46,319 nt of DNA from IMG/VR virus record IMGVR_UViG_3300037501_000018, positions 1-46,319 of that record; one strand, given 5' to 3'. Below are positions 38,157-46,263 of this stretch, one piece after another. Both the position numbers and the translations under genes were made by a program. Position 1 is the stretch's first letter. Each line of letters starts with the position of its first letter. Source of the stretch: a virus (Duplodnaviria > Caudoviricetes). Under the pieces are notes generated by a model that was not told the DNA's origin, did no database searches, and saw only the letters and a program-made list of their open reading frames with translations.

Positions 38157-38390
38157 CTATCTCTCCAAGGTATCTCGATTACTATTGAAATACTCTCCCC
38201 TTGGATACCTAGCTAAAGACTCCGGTTTATCTTCAAGCTCTGCTATATAATCAAGCAAAGCTCTTACCCATAATGGTGCTATACCGGCCCATTGTTTTTC
38301 TCTTTCATTCTCTACGATTCTTCGCATCTCATAGAGATATTCTTTGCTAAGCCTTAAATCGCTAAGTTTCTTCATTGTATGTAGGGTCAA
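38157..38390 (-). CDS. Hypothetical protein
   Basis: 77-aa ORF with the VRALLDYIAELE phage motif. Confidence 0.6.
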   Translation of the reverse strand: MTLHTMKKLSDLRLSKEYLYEMRRIVENEREKQWAGIAPLWVRALLDYIAELEDKPESLARYPRGEYFNSNRDTLER

Positions 38391-38712
38391 AGGTTACAAT
38401 ACAACCACACTCACGACCAGCCATATTTAATTCTGCATATCCACCTAAACTACACGACTCCGTGCTAATTTTGGTGCGTATTGAATCTTTGATATTTTCA
38501 ACAGCTTCAAACTCCAGGTTTGTTCGATGTACTTTGCCATCAAGAATTACAGTTGCATCACTCCAACCTTCGAGACTAGCTATCGCGGCAGTAATTACTC
38601 TAGCCATCTTTTCAAGATTTGGCATAGACAAGCTAGTAATTAATTTCAGTTCTATGGTAACAAAACACGTACCATCATAAACCAATCCAATATCAATCTC
38701 GTCGTCATTCAC
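38362..38712 (-). CDS. Hypothetical protein
   Basis: 116 aa, AAGGAG RBS. Confidence 0.65.
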   Translation of the reverse strand: MNDDEIDIGLVYDGTCFVTIELKLITSLSMPNLEKMARVITAAIASLEGWSDATVILDGKVHRTNLEFEAVENIKDSIRTKISTESCSLGGYAELNMAGRECGCIVTFDPTYNEET

Positions 38713-39763
38713 TGCTAATCTCCTTTATGGTTGGCATTGCATACCCTAGCTGAGATATTCGTTTCTCATCATAGTAGATTTCTTCAGTAACAGGGTTATA
38801 TGTTCCTATTACGTCACCAGATTCATTCTTCGGTGATAAGGGGGTACAGTTATATCCTTCCTTTCCATCCCATTCACAATATGGACAATACAAAGCATTA
38901 CATTCCCAATCTCTGGTAAGCTTCGCTTCATATTTATAAAGTGTTCTCCCCTTACGAGAGATAATTTTTCTCGATAGTTTAATTGCCAATGGTTTTACAT
39001 CTGGCAGTTCTCCCGTTTCTTGATAATGCTTCCACATCATCTGCATAGCAGTTATTTCTCGTCGGACTAGTTCATCATCAGGTTCTATAATGTAAGCCAA
39101 TGGTCGTCCAGACCCACCAGCAGGTACATAGTAGATATATGGGATAGCTCTAATTCCAATCAGTTTATACAATGCCATAGAGTATCCCAATACCTGCAGT
39201 ACATGAGAATATTTTGGAAAAGTGTCGGCGTAACGTAGTGCACCAGGAGCAACGCCTTTGCGGTCTACAACATACAGTTTGTGACTTTTTAATGGTTCAG
39301 CCAGTTTATGCGCTGTTTCTCTATCTCCCAATTCTGCCGCATCTAAAGCAAAAGCAAGAATCTTAGCTAGAGATGCATTCTCAGACCCATCGCAATCACA
39401 ATTCATATGGCAGATAGCGTCTGCTTGTCCTCTGAAACCTTCCGGCAAACCTTCTGTTAGCCTGACTTCGGTTGCAAGTGCAATACCTTGTTTCGCCCAC
39501 GCTTCTTCATGGATATCATGCATGACCCTGCGCTCATGCAGCATCCTTTTGTTATCTATTGTTCTTGGTCTACGAGAGTATTTGCCAGAGCGATTTAATA
39601 CTTGTGCTCTTGGACAATTACCAAGACTGGACAAAGAGAAGAAACTACCATTACCCTCTCTTTTGCGATACTCTTCGTCTGATAGTCTATCGATTTCATC
39701 GATATATCTATCAAATGCTTGAGCAAGAAAGTCGTCTTCTCTCTTTAGGTATTGCTTCCTCAC
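38705..39763 (-). CDS. Cas4-like PD-(D/E)XK exonuclease
   Basis: SSLGNCPR, E..RGQADAI, VVDRK, QVLGY and C-terminal C..CPYC..C Fe-S-type ligands. Lies in the same arm as ERF. Confidence 0.8.
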   Translation of the reverse strand: MRKQYLKREDDFLAQAFDRYIDEIDRLSDEEYRKREGNGSFFSLSSLGNCPRAQVLNRSGKYSRRPRTIDNKRMLHERRVMHDIHEEAWAKQGIALATEVRLTEGLPEGFRGQADAICHMNCDCDGSENASLAKILAFALDAAELGDRETAHKLAEPLKSHKLYVVDRKGVAPGALRYADTFPKYSHVLQVLGYSMALYKLIGIRAIPYIYYVPAGGSGRPLAYIIEPDDELVRREITAMQMMWKHYQETGELPDVKPLAIKLSRKIISRKGRTLYKYEAKLTRDWECNALYCPYCEWDGKEGYNCTPLSPKNESGDVIGTYNPVTEEIYYDEKRISQLGYAMPTIKEISSE

Positions 39764-39973
39764 TTATAATCTCCTTCCGCAATCGTAGCAAGTACCTTCG
39801 GGCCATTCACTTAGGTCAACATCAGTCTCACAGTCGATAATTGTAAGCCCTTCAATCTCCCGTTGTATAGCACACTCGGCACACAAGTACATACCACCAA
39901 GGGCAATGTAATGTAGCTTCATGCCATGATACATGTCACGAAGTACACCGTCTGCATCACGTCGTATGTCCAT
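39764..39973 (-). CDS. Small zinc-finger protein
   Basis: Likely start MDIRRD at 39973 after GGAG. CAEC...CYDC. Confidence 0.6.
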   Translation of the reverse strand: MDIRRDADGVLRDMYHGMKLHYIALGGMYLCAECAIQREIEGLTIIDCETDVDLSEWPEGTCYDCGRRL

Positions 39974-40021
39974 TCTTTTACTCCGGTACTGCGGCCATCT
40001 TATGTAGGCATAATGAGTCAT

Positions 40022-40056
40022 AAGAAAGAATGGGGCAGTTTTAACCACATGCCCCA
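40022..40056 (-). terminator. Intrinsic terminator
   Basis: TGGGGCA (40031-40037)/TGCCCCA (40050-40056), then TTCTTTCTT on the minus strand. Confidence 0.6.
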
Positions 40057-40085
40057 GCGTGGATAGCACAATCAACAATACAGAC

Positions 40086-40865
40086 TTAAAGCTCGATGGT
40101 CTTACCGTCAGATGTTTTAACAATTGTGACTACTTGTGTGACTACTTGTGCCTTTTCAGCGACATAAATCTCGTCAGTTATGTTGTCCTTTATTACCAGT
40201 CTATCTTGGATGAAGGTGACTATTGTAAATCTATCACTCATAGTCATTGCTTCAACTGCTTCAGTAGTCACTACGGGTTTATGCAGTTTATCGATATTAT
40301 CTGCTACAGTCCACAATCTTTTCCCTCTACTACCGATATGTTTCACCTCGTTCTTTACCGTTAGTCTCTCCAGCGCTGAACGGATAACCTGCCTAGAAAG
40401 ACCTGTCCGTTCAGCTATAAGGTCTTGACCTATAGGATGGTCATATGACCGCAAAACATCCATCACTCTTTTTGATATGGGGTTTTTATTACTTTGACCA
40501 ACTACAGGTGCGTCCTTTATCCCATCGGGTACCCAGGTAAACAATCCTGACCTATCAACACTATACATCTGTGATACCCTAGGAATAGGGTTGTATTTAC
40601 TTTTATGCGTTAAGAAATATATGTTACCTGATATTTGACGAGTCGCCAGTCCGGTAAGTTGGCTAATGTCATTAATAGATAAGGAATTCGGATAAGAGTC
40701 ACGTATTGCATCTCTTATCATATCCTTAATTAGCTTAGATGAAGTAATGTCACCCACGGCTAGGTCTATCTCCCTAATTTGACGCAGTTCTCCTATGCGA
40801 CGCTCGACTTGCTTACTCATAGGTAACCCAGGCTTGTATGATATTTGCTCATACATAGTGCTCAT
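40086..40865 (-). CDS. DNA-binding protein with two winged-HTH domains
   Basis: LSINDISQLTGLATRQISGNIYFL and IGQDLIAERTGLSRQVIRSALERL. Confidence 0.75.
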   Translation of the reverse strand: MSTMYEQISYKPGLPMSKQVERRIGELRQIREIDLAVGDITSSKLIKDMIRDAIRDSYPNSLSINDISQLTGLATRQISGNIYFLTHKSKYNPIPRVSQMYSVDRSGLFTWVPDGIKDAPVVGQSNKNPISKRVMDVLRSYDHPIGQDLIAERTGLSRQVIRSALERLTVKNEVKHIGSRGKRLWTVADNIDKLHKPVVTTEAVEAMTMSDRFTIVTFIQDRLVIKDNITDEIYVAEKAQVVTQVVTIVKTSDGKTIEL

Positions 40866-41242
40866 TCTATCAGTTCAATCCTCATCTGTCCGGGAAGTTC
40901 AGTTATCCAGTACTTCATTGGTACGACTAATTGTTCGCCGTGCTCCCGATTGATTGATATTCCTACTGATTTAAAGTAGTCTATCCCTACTCGATACTTT
41001 ACCTCTGTTTCCAAATCAATAACCAAGACTATATCAACTTTATCTTTTATCTGCTCATACACACTCCTGTTAATGGCAATTCCATATGGTCTACGCAGAA
41101 AATGTTTACTACCGTACACTCTTTTGACAACAACTCTTCCGTCGATGAGGCCGACAAATCTGCCGTTAAGAAACACTCCATTGTCTATTAAACTAGAAGT
41201 AAGGTCTGGTGATTTTATTTTATAACGGTGAGTCTTCATCAT
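40862..41242 (-). CDS. Conserved phage hypothetical protein
   Basis: 126 aa, KHFLRR..IAI...GEQLVVP.KYW pattern. Confidence 0.65.
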   Translation of the reverse strand: MMKTHRYKIKSPDLTSSLIDNGVFLNGRFVGLIDGRVVVKRVYGSKHFLRRPYGIAINRSVYEQIKDKVDIVLVIDLETEVKYRVGIDYFKSVGISINREHGEQLVVPMKYWITELPGQMRIELIE

Positions 41243-41945
41243 CCATCCAAGGCTCCTCTATCGGCTCATTAGCTAGTTGATTAATATATTCTCCAACCGC
41301 ATTCTTGACTTCAATCCTCATCCTAGAATCAAGTACCCATTGTAGATATCCAAGTGGTATGTCCGCAAGTCTTTTACCTTGATATTTACCAATAGGCATA
41401 ATGAATGAACCAGCATCAGCATTAGCATTACTAGAACTAGAGCGTGCAGGTGCAGGGCTAGGCTTGATACTTGGAGTAAGCTTAACAGCAGGTATTTGCC
41501 TATGTTGATATTTTGAAGCCTGATGTTGCTCAATAGGCATTGCCGCAGCAGCATCATCATCTTCCTCAGCAGCCAGCCCAATGATAGCACAATAGCCATA
41601 TCGCCTTGCGTATGTAATTGCACTACCAACTGCTTGTGGGTCAGTTCTTGGTATGATTAGTGAACCCTTGCCAATAATATATTCACCACTTGTGTGAATA
41701 AGCATGGTTTCCACATTGATAATTGGAGAACCATTACAATCATAGATTTCGCCAACAACTTGTGTTATAACAAGACCATTAGCCAGCAATATCGGCCTAG
41801 TAGCTGATATGATATCCGGCAAGTCAGCATAAGTGTATGAATACTTGCCGGTATCAGCAGTCCTAGTCTTAGTGACTTCCGGCAATTCATTTTGCACACT
41901 AGCTAGTGCTGCAATTAGATTTACGATGCTTTCACTACGCTCCAT
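41220..41945 (-). CDS. erf: ERF-family ssDNA annealing protein with a C-terminal DUF3820-like module
   Basis: YTYADL, LIHTSGEY and PQAVGSAITYARRYG...EDDDA motifs. C-terminal MPIGKYQGKRLADIPLGYLQW. Confidence 0.92.
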   Translation of the reverse strand: MERSESIVNLIAALASVQNELPEVTKTRTADTGKYSYTYADLPDIISATRPILLANGLVITQVVGEIYDCNGSPIINVETMLIHTSGEYIIGKGSLIIPRTDPQAVGSAITYARRYGYCAIIGLAAEEDDDAAAAMPIEQHQASKYQHRQIPAVKLTPSIKPSPAPARSSSSNANADAGSFIMPIGKYQGKRLADIPLGYLQWVLDSRMRIEVKNAVGEYINQLANEPIEEPWMDDEDSPL

Positions 41946-41959
41946 AGTTAGTCTCTCCC

Positions 41960-42178
41960 CTAGTCGCAGTACAAATTGTCAATGTTATCAATGTAGTTTT
42001 TGTCGTTAGAGAAAGTGATACCTGATACTTCATCACCACCTGGATTATATAATGCAACGTACTTGTAAATTTTAGTACCAGACCACATGAACAAGTTGAT
42101 TAGGAATCTATCATGTAGGTTATGTTGCTTGCGGATATACTTGTCCGGGAAAAATGTGAATTTAATTACTGTCCACAC
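41960..42178 (-). CDS. Hypothetical protein
   Basis: 72-aa ORF in operon, GTG start. Confidence 0.55.
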   Translation of the reverse strand: MWTVIKFTFFPDKYIRKQHNLHDRFLINLFMWSGTKIYKYVALYNPGGDEVSGITFSNDKNYIDNIDNLYCD

Positions 42179-42291
42179 TATTTATCCCTGTCCATTAGTG
42201 ATTTGAAGCATATCCAACCAATTAGGCAGATTGCACCTATAATTACTGCCACCTCAAGTATCAATTCAATGATATTATTAAGAGGTGGCAT
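42178..42291 (-). CDS. 37-aa single-TM membrane peptide (not in the ORF track)
   Basis: MPPLNNIIELILEVAVIIGAICLIGWICFKSLMDRDK. Fills the gap between neighbours exactly. Confidence 0.55.
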   Translation of the reverse strand: MPPLNNIIELILEVAVIIGAICLIGWICFKSLMDRDK

Positions 42292-42293
42292 TG

Positions 42294-42578
42294 TTATTCT
42301 TCTTTACTGATTGCATAGGCGGCCCACAAATCGTCTAACCATTGACTTTTCTTGATACCTAGGTTATATCTGAGCCTGCTGTTGGTCAGTAGTTCTGGTT
42401 GGTGTTCTAGGACAGATAGTATCCTAGCGGTTTGAAGTGCCACTTCAATTGGATATTCCGCCATAGTCCAGCGGTGATTACGTAATCTAGTGTAAACTTC
42501 ACGTACTAGGTTTTCAAATTCAACGACGGTTAAACGTGGATACGGAAAAGCTAATTCTTCAATAGTAATATTCGCCAT
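42294..42578 (-). CDS. Hypothetical protein
   Basis: 94 aa, GAGGG RBS, first gene after the promoter at 42627-42655. Confidence 0.7.
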   Translation of the reverse strand: MANITIEELAFPYPRLTVVEFENLVREVYTRLRNHRWTMAEYPIEVALQTARILSVLEHQPELLTNSRLRYNLGIKKSQWLDDLWAAYAISKEE

Positions 42579-42626
42579 ATCTACCCTCTTCCCAAAATCG
42601 CCGCTACCGTAGTGGAAACACCGTGG

Positions 42627-42655
42627 ATTCTAGCAGAAAAGGGGGAGTAAGTCAA
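42627..42655 (-). promoter_or_regulatory. Promoter TTGACT-N17-TAGAAT with extended -10
   Basis: Plus-strand AGTCAA at 42650-42655 and ATTCTA at 42627-42632, TGC before the -10. Overlapped by the inverted repeat 42637-42647/42665-42675. Confidence 0.75.
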
Positions 42656-42735
42656 GAGTACGCTCTCCCCCTTTTTTAGGGTTTCCACATACATCCGCTA
42701 TTGGATGTAGAGCGGATGTATAGAGTAGATATGTA

Positions 42736-43122
42736 TTACTCGGCTAGATGGTAGAGATATTCCTTAAGGTATTCCCTAGCTACATTGTTAATATCAATAT
42801 GATACTTATCCTCTTCAAACAATTCGACTATAGGAATTAGCGGTGCGATTTTCTTAATCTCCACGACTGCAACAAACTCGTTATTTTTATTGAATAGTAC
42901 ATAGTGTGGAAACATAAAATTAAGTTTCACCAATAGGGCTTTCTCTACCTCGTATATCTCATCATCAACGCGGTTTAGTTTATCCATATCTATAATTTCA
43001 CTTAAGTCTGTATGAGCATATGGTGAGATACGACTGATACGCCGGATTACTTCTTCAAGTGACATATCATTGACAAACCTATCAATATCATCTTTTGTGA
43101 TAGGTAGAGCTTCAGTTTTCAT
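42736..43122 (-). CDS. Hypothetical protein
   Basis: 128 aa, AAGGA RBS. Confidence 0.7.
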   Translation of the reverse strand: MKTEALPITKDDIDRFVNDMSLEEVIRRISRISPYAHTDLSEIIDMDKLNRVDDEIYEVEKALLVKLNFMFPHYVLFNKNNEFVAVVEIKKIAPLIPIVELFEEDKYHIDINNVAREYLKEYLYHLAE

Positions 43123-43155
43123 TATCCTTTTCCTTCATTTTATTCGATATGAAAC

Positions 43156-43207
43156 AAAAATACCCCCGATTGATGCAATTTAGTTTAGCATCAACCGGGG
43201 GTATTTT
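43156..43207 (-). terminator. Strong intrinsic terminator
   Basis: 20-bp stem 43157-43176/43188-43207, with one G-U pair that works only on the minus strand, and a T run. Confidence 0.85.
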
Positions 43208-43227
43208 CAGAGTCACAATGCGGTATG

Positions 43228-43482
43228 CTACTCTGCAGACTTGACGGGCGTCCCAACGAGATAGACATTACCGCCGACGTTACGCACCTGCACGGGCAGT
43301 CCTTCACGTTCTGCAAGCTTCCGTAGACCAACAGATACACTTGCAGGCTGAGCCTCATACCCCTGCACCAATGCACTCTGCATCCCGCTCTTGATGAACT
43401 CGTCAAGTACGGCGCGATACTTACCGGCTCCACGAGTAACGGCGGGCAAAGGCGCGGCCTTAAGGGTAAATCCGTTTCCCAT
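43228..43482 (-). CDS. Small higher-GC protein, possibly DNA-binding, in its own expression cassette
   Basis: 84 aa, AAAGGGGGGAG RBS, with its own promoter and terminator. Confidence 0.8.
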   Translation of the reverse strand: MGNGFTLKAAPLPAVTRGAGKYRAVLDEFIKSGMQSALVQGYEAQPASVSVGLRKLAEREGLPVQVRNVGGNVYLVGTPVKSAE

Positions 43483-43533
43483 TGTATCTCCCCCCTTTCA
43501 TTAAAGTAGGTGATTTTTGGAGCTTGTGGTAGC

Positions 43534-43562
43534 ATTATAGCAGATATCCGCAAAGTTGTCAA
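43534..43562 (-). promoter_or_regulatory. Perfect consensus promoter TTGACA-N17-TATAAT with extended -10 TG
   Basis: Plus-strand TGTCAA at 43557-43562, ATTATA at 43534-43539, GCA at 43540-43542. Confidence 0.9.
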
Positions 43563-43576
43563 GGGGGAAGAACGAT

Positions 43577-43759
43577 TTATCGTGGATTTGCCAAGACAGA
43601 GAGTCTGTTGACTAGCTCTTCCAGTAGGTCCACATATCTAGGAGTGTTATATACCTTTTTATCATCGGTATACCATATCCTAGCGTATTCAATAGACTCT
43701 CTTATCAGTTCCTCATTAGACATTAATTTTATAGACTTCTTTTTGTTATCAATTATCAT
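43577..43759 (-). CDS. Hypothetical protein
   Basis: 60 aa, coupled to the upstream gene. Confidence 0.6.
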   Translation of the reverse strand: MIIDNKKKSIKLMSNEELIRESIEYARIWYTDDKKVYNTPRYVDLLEELVNRLSVLANPR

Positions 43760-44011
43760 TTATCTATCTTCACCATCATCCTCGTTATATTTTGACATAT
43801 GGTAAACGTTGCTATGCACAAGCCTAGCGTATTCTTCAGCTTCAGCTTTAAGTTCTTCCAGCATTTGAACGTTAAGCTTAGCTTGCCTTAATCCAACACC
43901 ATGATTTAATGCACCACATACACATTCACAATCCGGTCCAGTTGCATTATAGCATTTACCGTCACATACACGAGTAGTACCGTCAGACAATCTTTCAGAC
44001 ATAAGTCTCAT
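43760..44011 (-). CDS. Cys-rich phage protein (CxxxCxxAxGxxCxCxCGxxNHG)
   Basis: CDGKCYNATGPDCECVCGALNHG metal-binding motif. Confidence 0.7.
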   Translation of the reverse strand: MRLMSERLSDGTTRVCDGKCYNATGPDCECVCGALNHGVGLRQAKLNVQMLEELKAEAEEYARLVHSNVYHMSKYNEDDGEDR

Positions 44012-44254
44012 TTATGTTAACCCCCCACGCATTATGTGAGCTAGTGACTTAGCATATAAGATACGGTTTGTATAGGTAGTAGAGCCTTCACCTAATCCTA
44101 TCTCTATCTGTATCTCATCATGCTCATCAACGTACATACGGACAGACACACTACCCACATAACTTTGCGCTACTACTTTTATATCTTTGTTACCCCGCCG
44201 ATGCGCTCCAGTTTGAGACGCATCGGTTATGACTTGTCCGTATAGCCTACTCAT
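44012..44254 (-). CDS. Hypothetical early protein
   Basis: 80 aa, translationally coupled. Confidence 0.65.
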   Translation of the reverse strand: MSRLYGQVITDASQTGAHRRGNKDIKVVAQSYVGSVSVRMYVDEHDEIQIEIGLGEGSTTYTNRILYAKSLAHIMRGGLT

Positions 44255-44490
44255 TACTGATTTAACTCCGATATTTGGGCTACCCTCATCAATGCAGCCC
44301 TTAGATTAAACAATGACTTGATATATTCCGCACCCGGCGTAATGTCCAGAGATTTAAGAATATCCTCAGCATTGTTCATGTATATCTCAGCCGAATCCGC
44401 AATAGTAGGAAAGAACTCTACCGCCATATCACGGTATATACGTTTTAGGATAGCCTTATCCATCTCCCGGTTGTCGTACTCATCATTCAT
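44254..44490 (-). CDS. Hypothetical early protein
   Basis: 78 aa, TAATG coupling. Confidence 0.65.
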   Translation of the reverse strand: MNDEYDNREMDKAILKRIYRDMAVEFFPTIADSAEIYMNNAEDILKSLDITPGAEYIKSLFNLRAALMRVAQISELNQ

Positions 44491-44741
44491 TACTTCACCC
44501 TTATCTTTCCGGTTCTTCCATCCCGATATATACTCCCATAGAAATCACGTTTGGAGTATGGGTTTGGACCAACAAAGTATATGGGTTTAAACGTATCGGG
44601 TAGTTCACTTACTTTTCCAGAGAACTCATTACCGAACATTGAAGTAGCTTCTATAGTTACACGGGCAGGATTGTCCGCTATTGCTTCTTTAACTTGCTTC
44701 TTGCTTTTCGGCCTACGTCCATCAACATACAAACCTTGCAT
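44490..44741 (-). CDS. Hypothetical early protein
   Basis: Start MQGLYVDG at 44741 after AGGAG. Motifs KSKKQVKEAI and VGPNPY. Confidence 0.7.
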   Translation of the reverse strand: MQGLYVDGRRPKSKKQVKEAIADNPARVTIEATSMFGNEFSGKVSELPDTFKPIYFVGPNPYSKRDFYGSIYRDGRTGKIRVK

Positions 44742-44743
44742 GG

Positions 44744-44902
44744 CTAAACTCCTAATCTTTTTCCACAATTGTCGCACAAAGATATATCATCTTCTTCAGC
44801 CTCATATATTAATGAGGTTACAATATCATATTGTGCGTCAACTGTACCATCTGGATAGGTGTTTTCTTCTTTACTTGCTTCAGTATCTTGTGCACATTCC
44901 AT
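44744..44902 (-). CDS. Small acidic zinc-finger-like peptide
   Basis: MECAQD...CDNCGKRL. Start uncertain. Confidence 0.4.
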   Translation of the reverse strand: MECAQDTEASKEENTYPDGTVDAQYDIVTSLIYEAEEDDISLCDNCGKRLGV

Positions 44903-45068
44903 TACGCTTTTCAACGAAAGCTTTACAATCACTTTCATTGTTAAACGGGCCAACAACCGCACTGTACTTATCGCCATGAGACTGAAAGCTAGGTTTGCTT
45001 CTACTAGAGAAAGTCTCTAGCTTAATGCTATCACGTAGATAGCCTGCATACCACCTTTTCTTACTCAT
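44880..45068 (-). CDS. Hypothetical early protein
   Basis: MSKKRWYAG...SHGDKYSAVVGPF. Overlaps its neighbours. Confidence 0.55.
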   Translation of the reverse strand: MSKKRWYAGYLRDSIKLETFSSRSKPSFQSHGDKYSAVVGPFNNESDCKAFVEKRNGMCTRY

Positions 45069-45273
45069 CTTCAACTTGCTCAATTATGATGCGGTATACA
45101 ATATCATCAGGCCCCATGTCTGGAGTAGTTGGAACATTAGTACGAATATAGACTCTCTCGCCTACTGAACCTTTATTCATAGCGTTATCCCAATACCACT
45201 CACCCTCAACGGAAAATAAATCCCCCGGTTTCAATTCTTTCCCGGTTACACGTTCAGCCCTAGTTTTAATCAT
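45061..45273 (-). CDS. Hypothetical early protein
   Basis: 70 aa, first gene after the promoter at about 45396, GGGG RBS. Confidence 0.65.
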   Translation of the reverse strand: MIKTRAERVTGKELKPGDLFSVEGEWYWDNAMNKGSVGERVYIRTNVPTTPDMGPDDIVYRIIIEQVEDE

Positions 45274-45395
45274 TGAGTTTACCCCGATTCTTATTGATTG
45301 TTTCTGATGTTTTTTCTTTTCACTCTAATCTCCAGTTTTTAATCTTATCATTTGCCCCCTAGAAGTGAGTAAACACTTTTCCAACTATGGTCCAT

Positions 45396-45424
45396 ATTAT
45401 ACCACATTATGGAGCGGAAAACAA
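45396..45424 (-). promoter_or_regulatory. Extended -10 promoter (TTGTTT-N17-TATAAT, TGG before the -10) for the early leftward operon
   Basis: Plus-strand ATTATA at 45396-45401, CCA at 45402-45404, AAACAA at 45419-45424. Confidence 0.65.
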
Positions 45425-45677
45425 GGGGAAGTTATATATGGGGACAGATATGAAACTGCCGATGATTAAGAGAGTGAAGTAATATATGAATATCTAGTAG
45501 GTCAAAGAAGTAGCGGAAACTTTGACGGTAGACTAGACTTAAGGTTAAGGCGAATGGTAGATACCGGATAGGGTATCTTAGGGCATGGTATATTGGCACA
45601 ATAAGTATACCATAAAACCGAGTTATCAACAAGTTTGCATGGACGGCGCACACAAGATGTTTAAGAATGGCTGAATG

Positions 45678-45725
45678 TGGTAATATATATAGGGCGGAAG
45701 CCACGCTTCCGATGAACCTTGACAA
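45678..45725 (+). promoter_or_regulatory. Extended -10 element followed by a hairpin and a boxA-like sequence
   Basis: TGgTAATAT at 45678-45686, CGGAAGC-CAC-GCTTCCG at 45695-45711, GAACCTTGACAA at 45714-45725. Confidence 0.5.
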
Positions 45726-45763
45726 TGGGGAAGTAAGGCCCGCTAGCAGAAAGGGGACAAACC

Positions 45764-46255
45764 ATGTCTCTGCTAGCGCGCGACATATGCCCGCCATTTG
45801 GCATGCCGGTTGAATTGGCGGCCATGTTCGGAGACTTGCAGGTGGCCGATCGAGATGAAAGCATTATAACTTTGGTAGAAGCCATGACAATTCCAGAGAT
45901 GAATCCTGCATTATGTCTCCCGCTGCATACAGCAGACTTTGATAATGTAGTTGAGATTGTCCGGAAAATTTCGACAGACTTTCGGGCTGAGGGAATAGCT
46001 CTTGCCGTAGTTTTGCTGCATAAGGAGGGAATTGGCGGCGACTACCGAACGGTGCGCGAAACGGCATTTTTGAATGGAATCCAGGGATATGAGCGCGTAT
46101 GCGCTGATTGTGAATTTCGTGATGGGGAACCATGCGAGATTCCACAAGCGATAGCGTTCTGTATGGTGGCCGCGTATGAGCAATATGAGCAAAACGAAGC
46201 GCATCTCTCGGTGGAAGATATTCTGGATATTCTGGATAATATACAACTGCTGTAG
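45764..46255 (+). CDS. Acidic hypothetical protein with a CxxC..C..C cluster, the only rightward gene at this end
   Basis: 163 aa, AAAGGGG RBS, CADCEFRDGEPC..C. The stop lies 8 bp before the repeat array. Confidence 0.8.
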   Translation: MSLLARDICPPFGMPVELAAMFGDLQVADRDESIITLVEAMTIPEMNPALCLPLHTADFDNVVEIVRKISTDFRAEGIALAVVLLHKEGIGGDYRTVRETAFLNGIQGYERVCADCEFRDGEPCEIPQAIAFCMVAAYEQYEQNEAHLSVEDILDILDNIQLL

Positions 46256-46263
46256 TCTGTAGT

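Noticed and set aside
38705-39763. Cas4-like gene as part of a CRISPR-Cas system
   Set aside because: It is a solo Cas4-like nuclease in a recombination context with ERF and RusA, which is common in phages. No cas1, cas2 or array.
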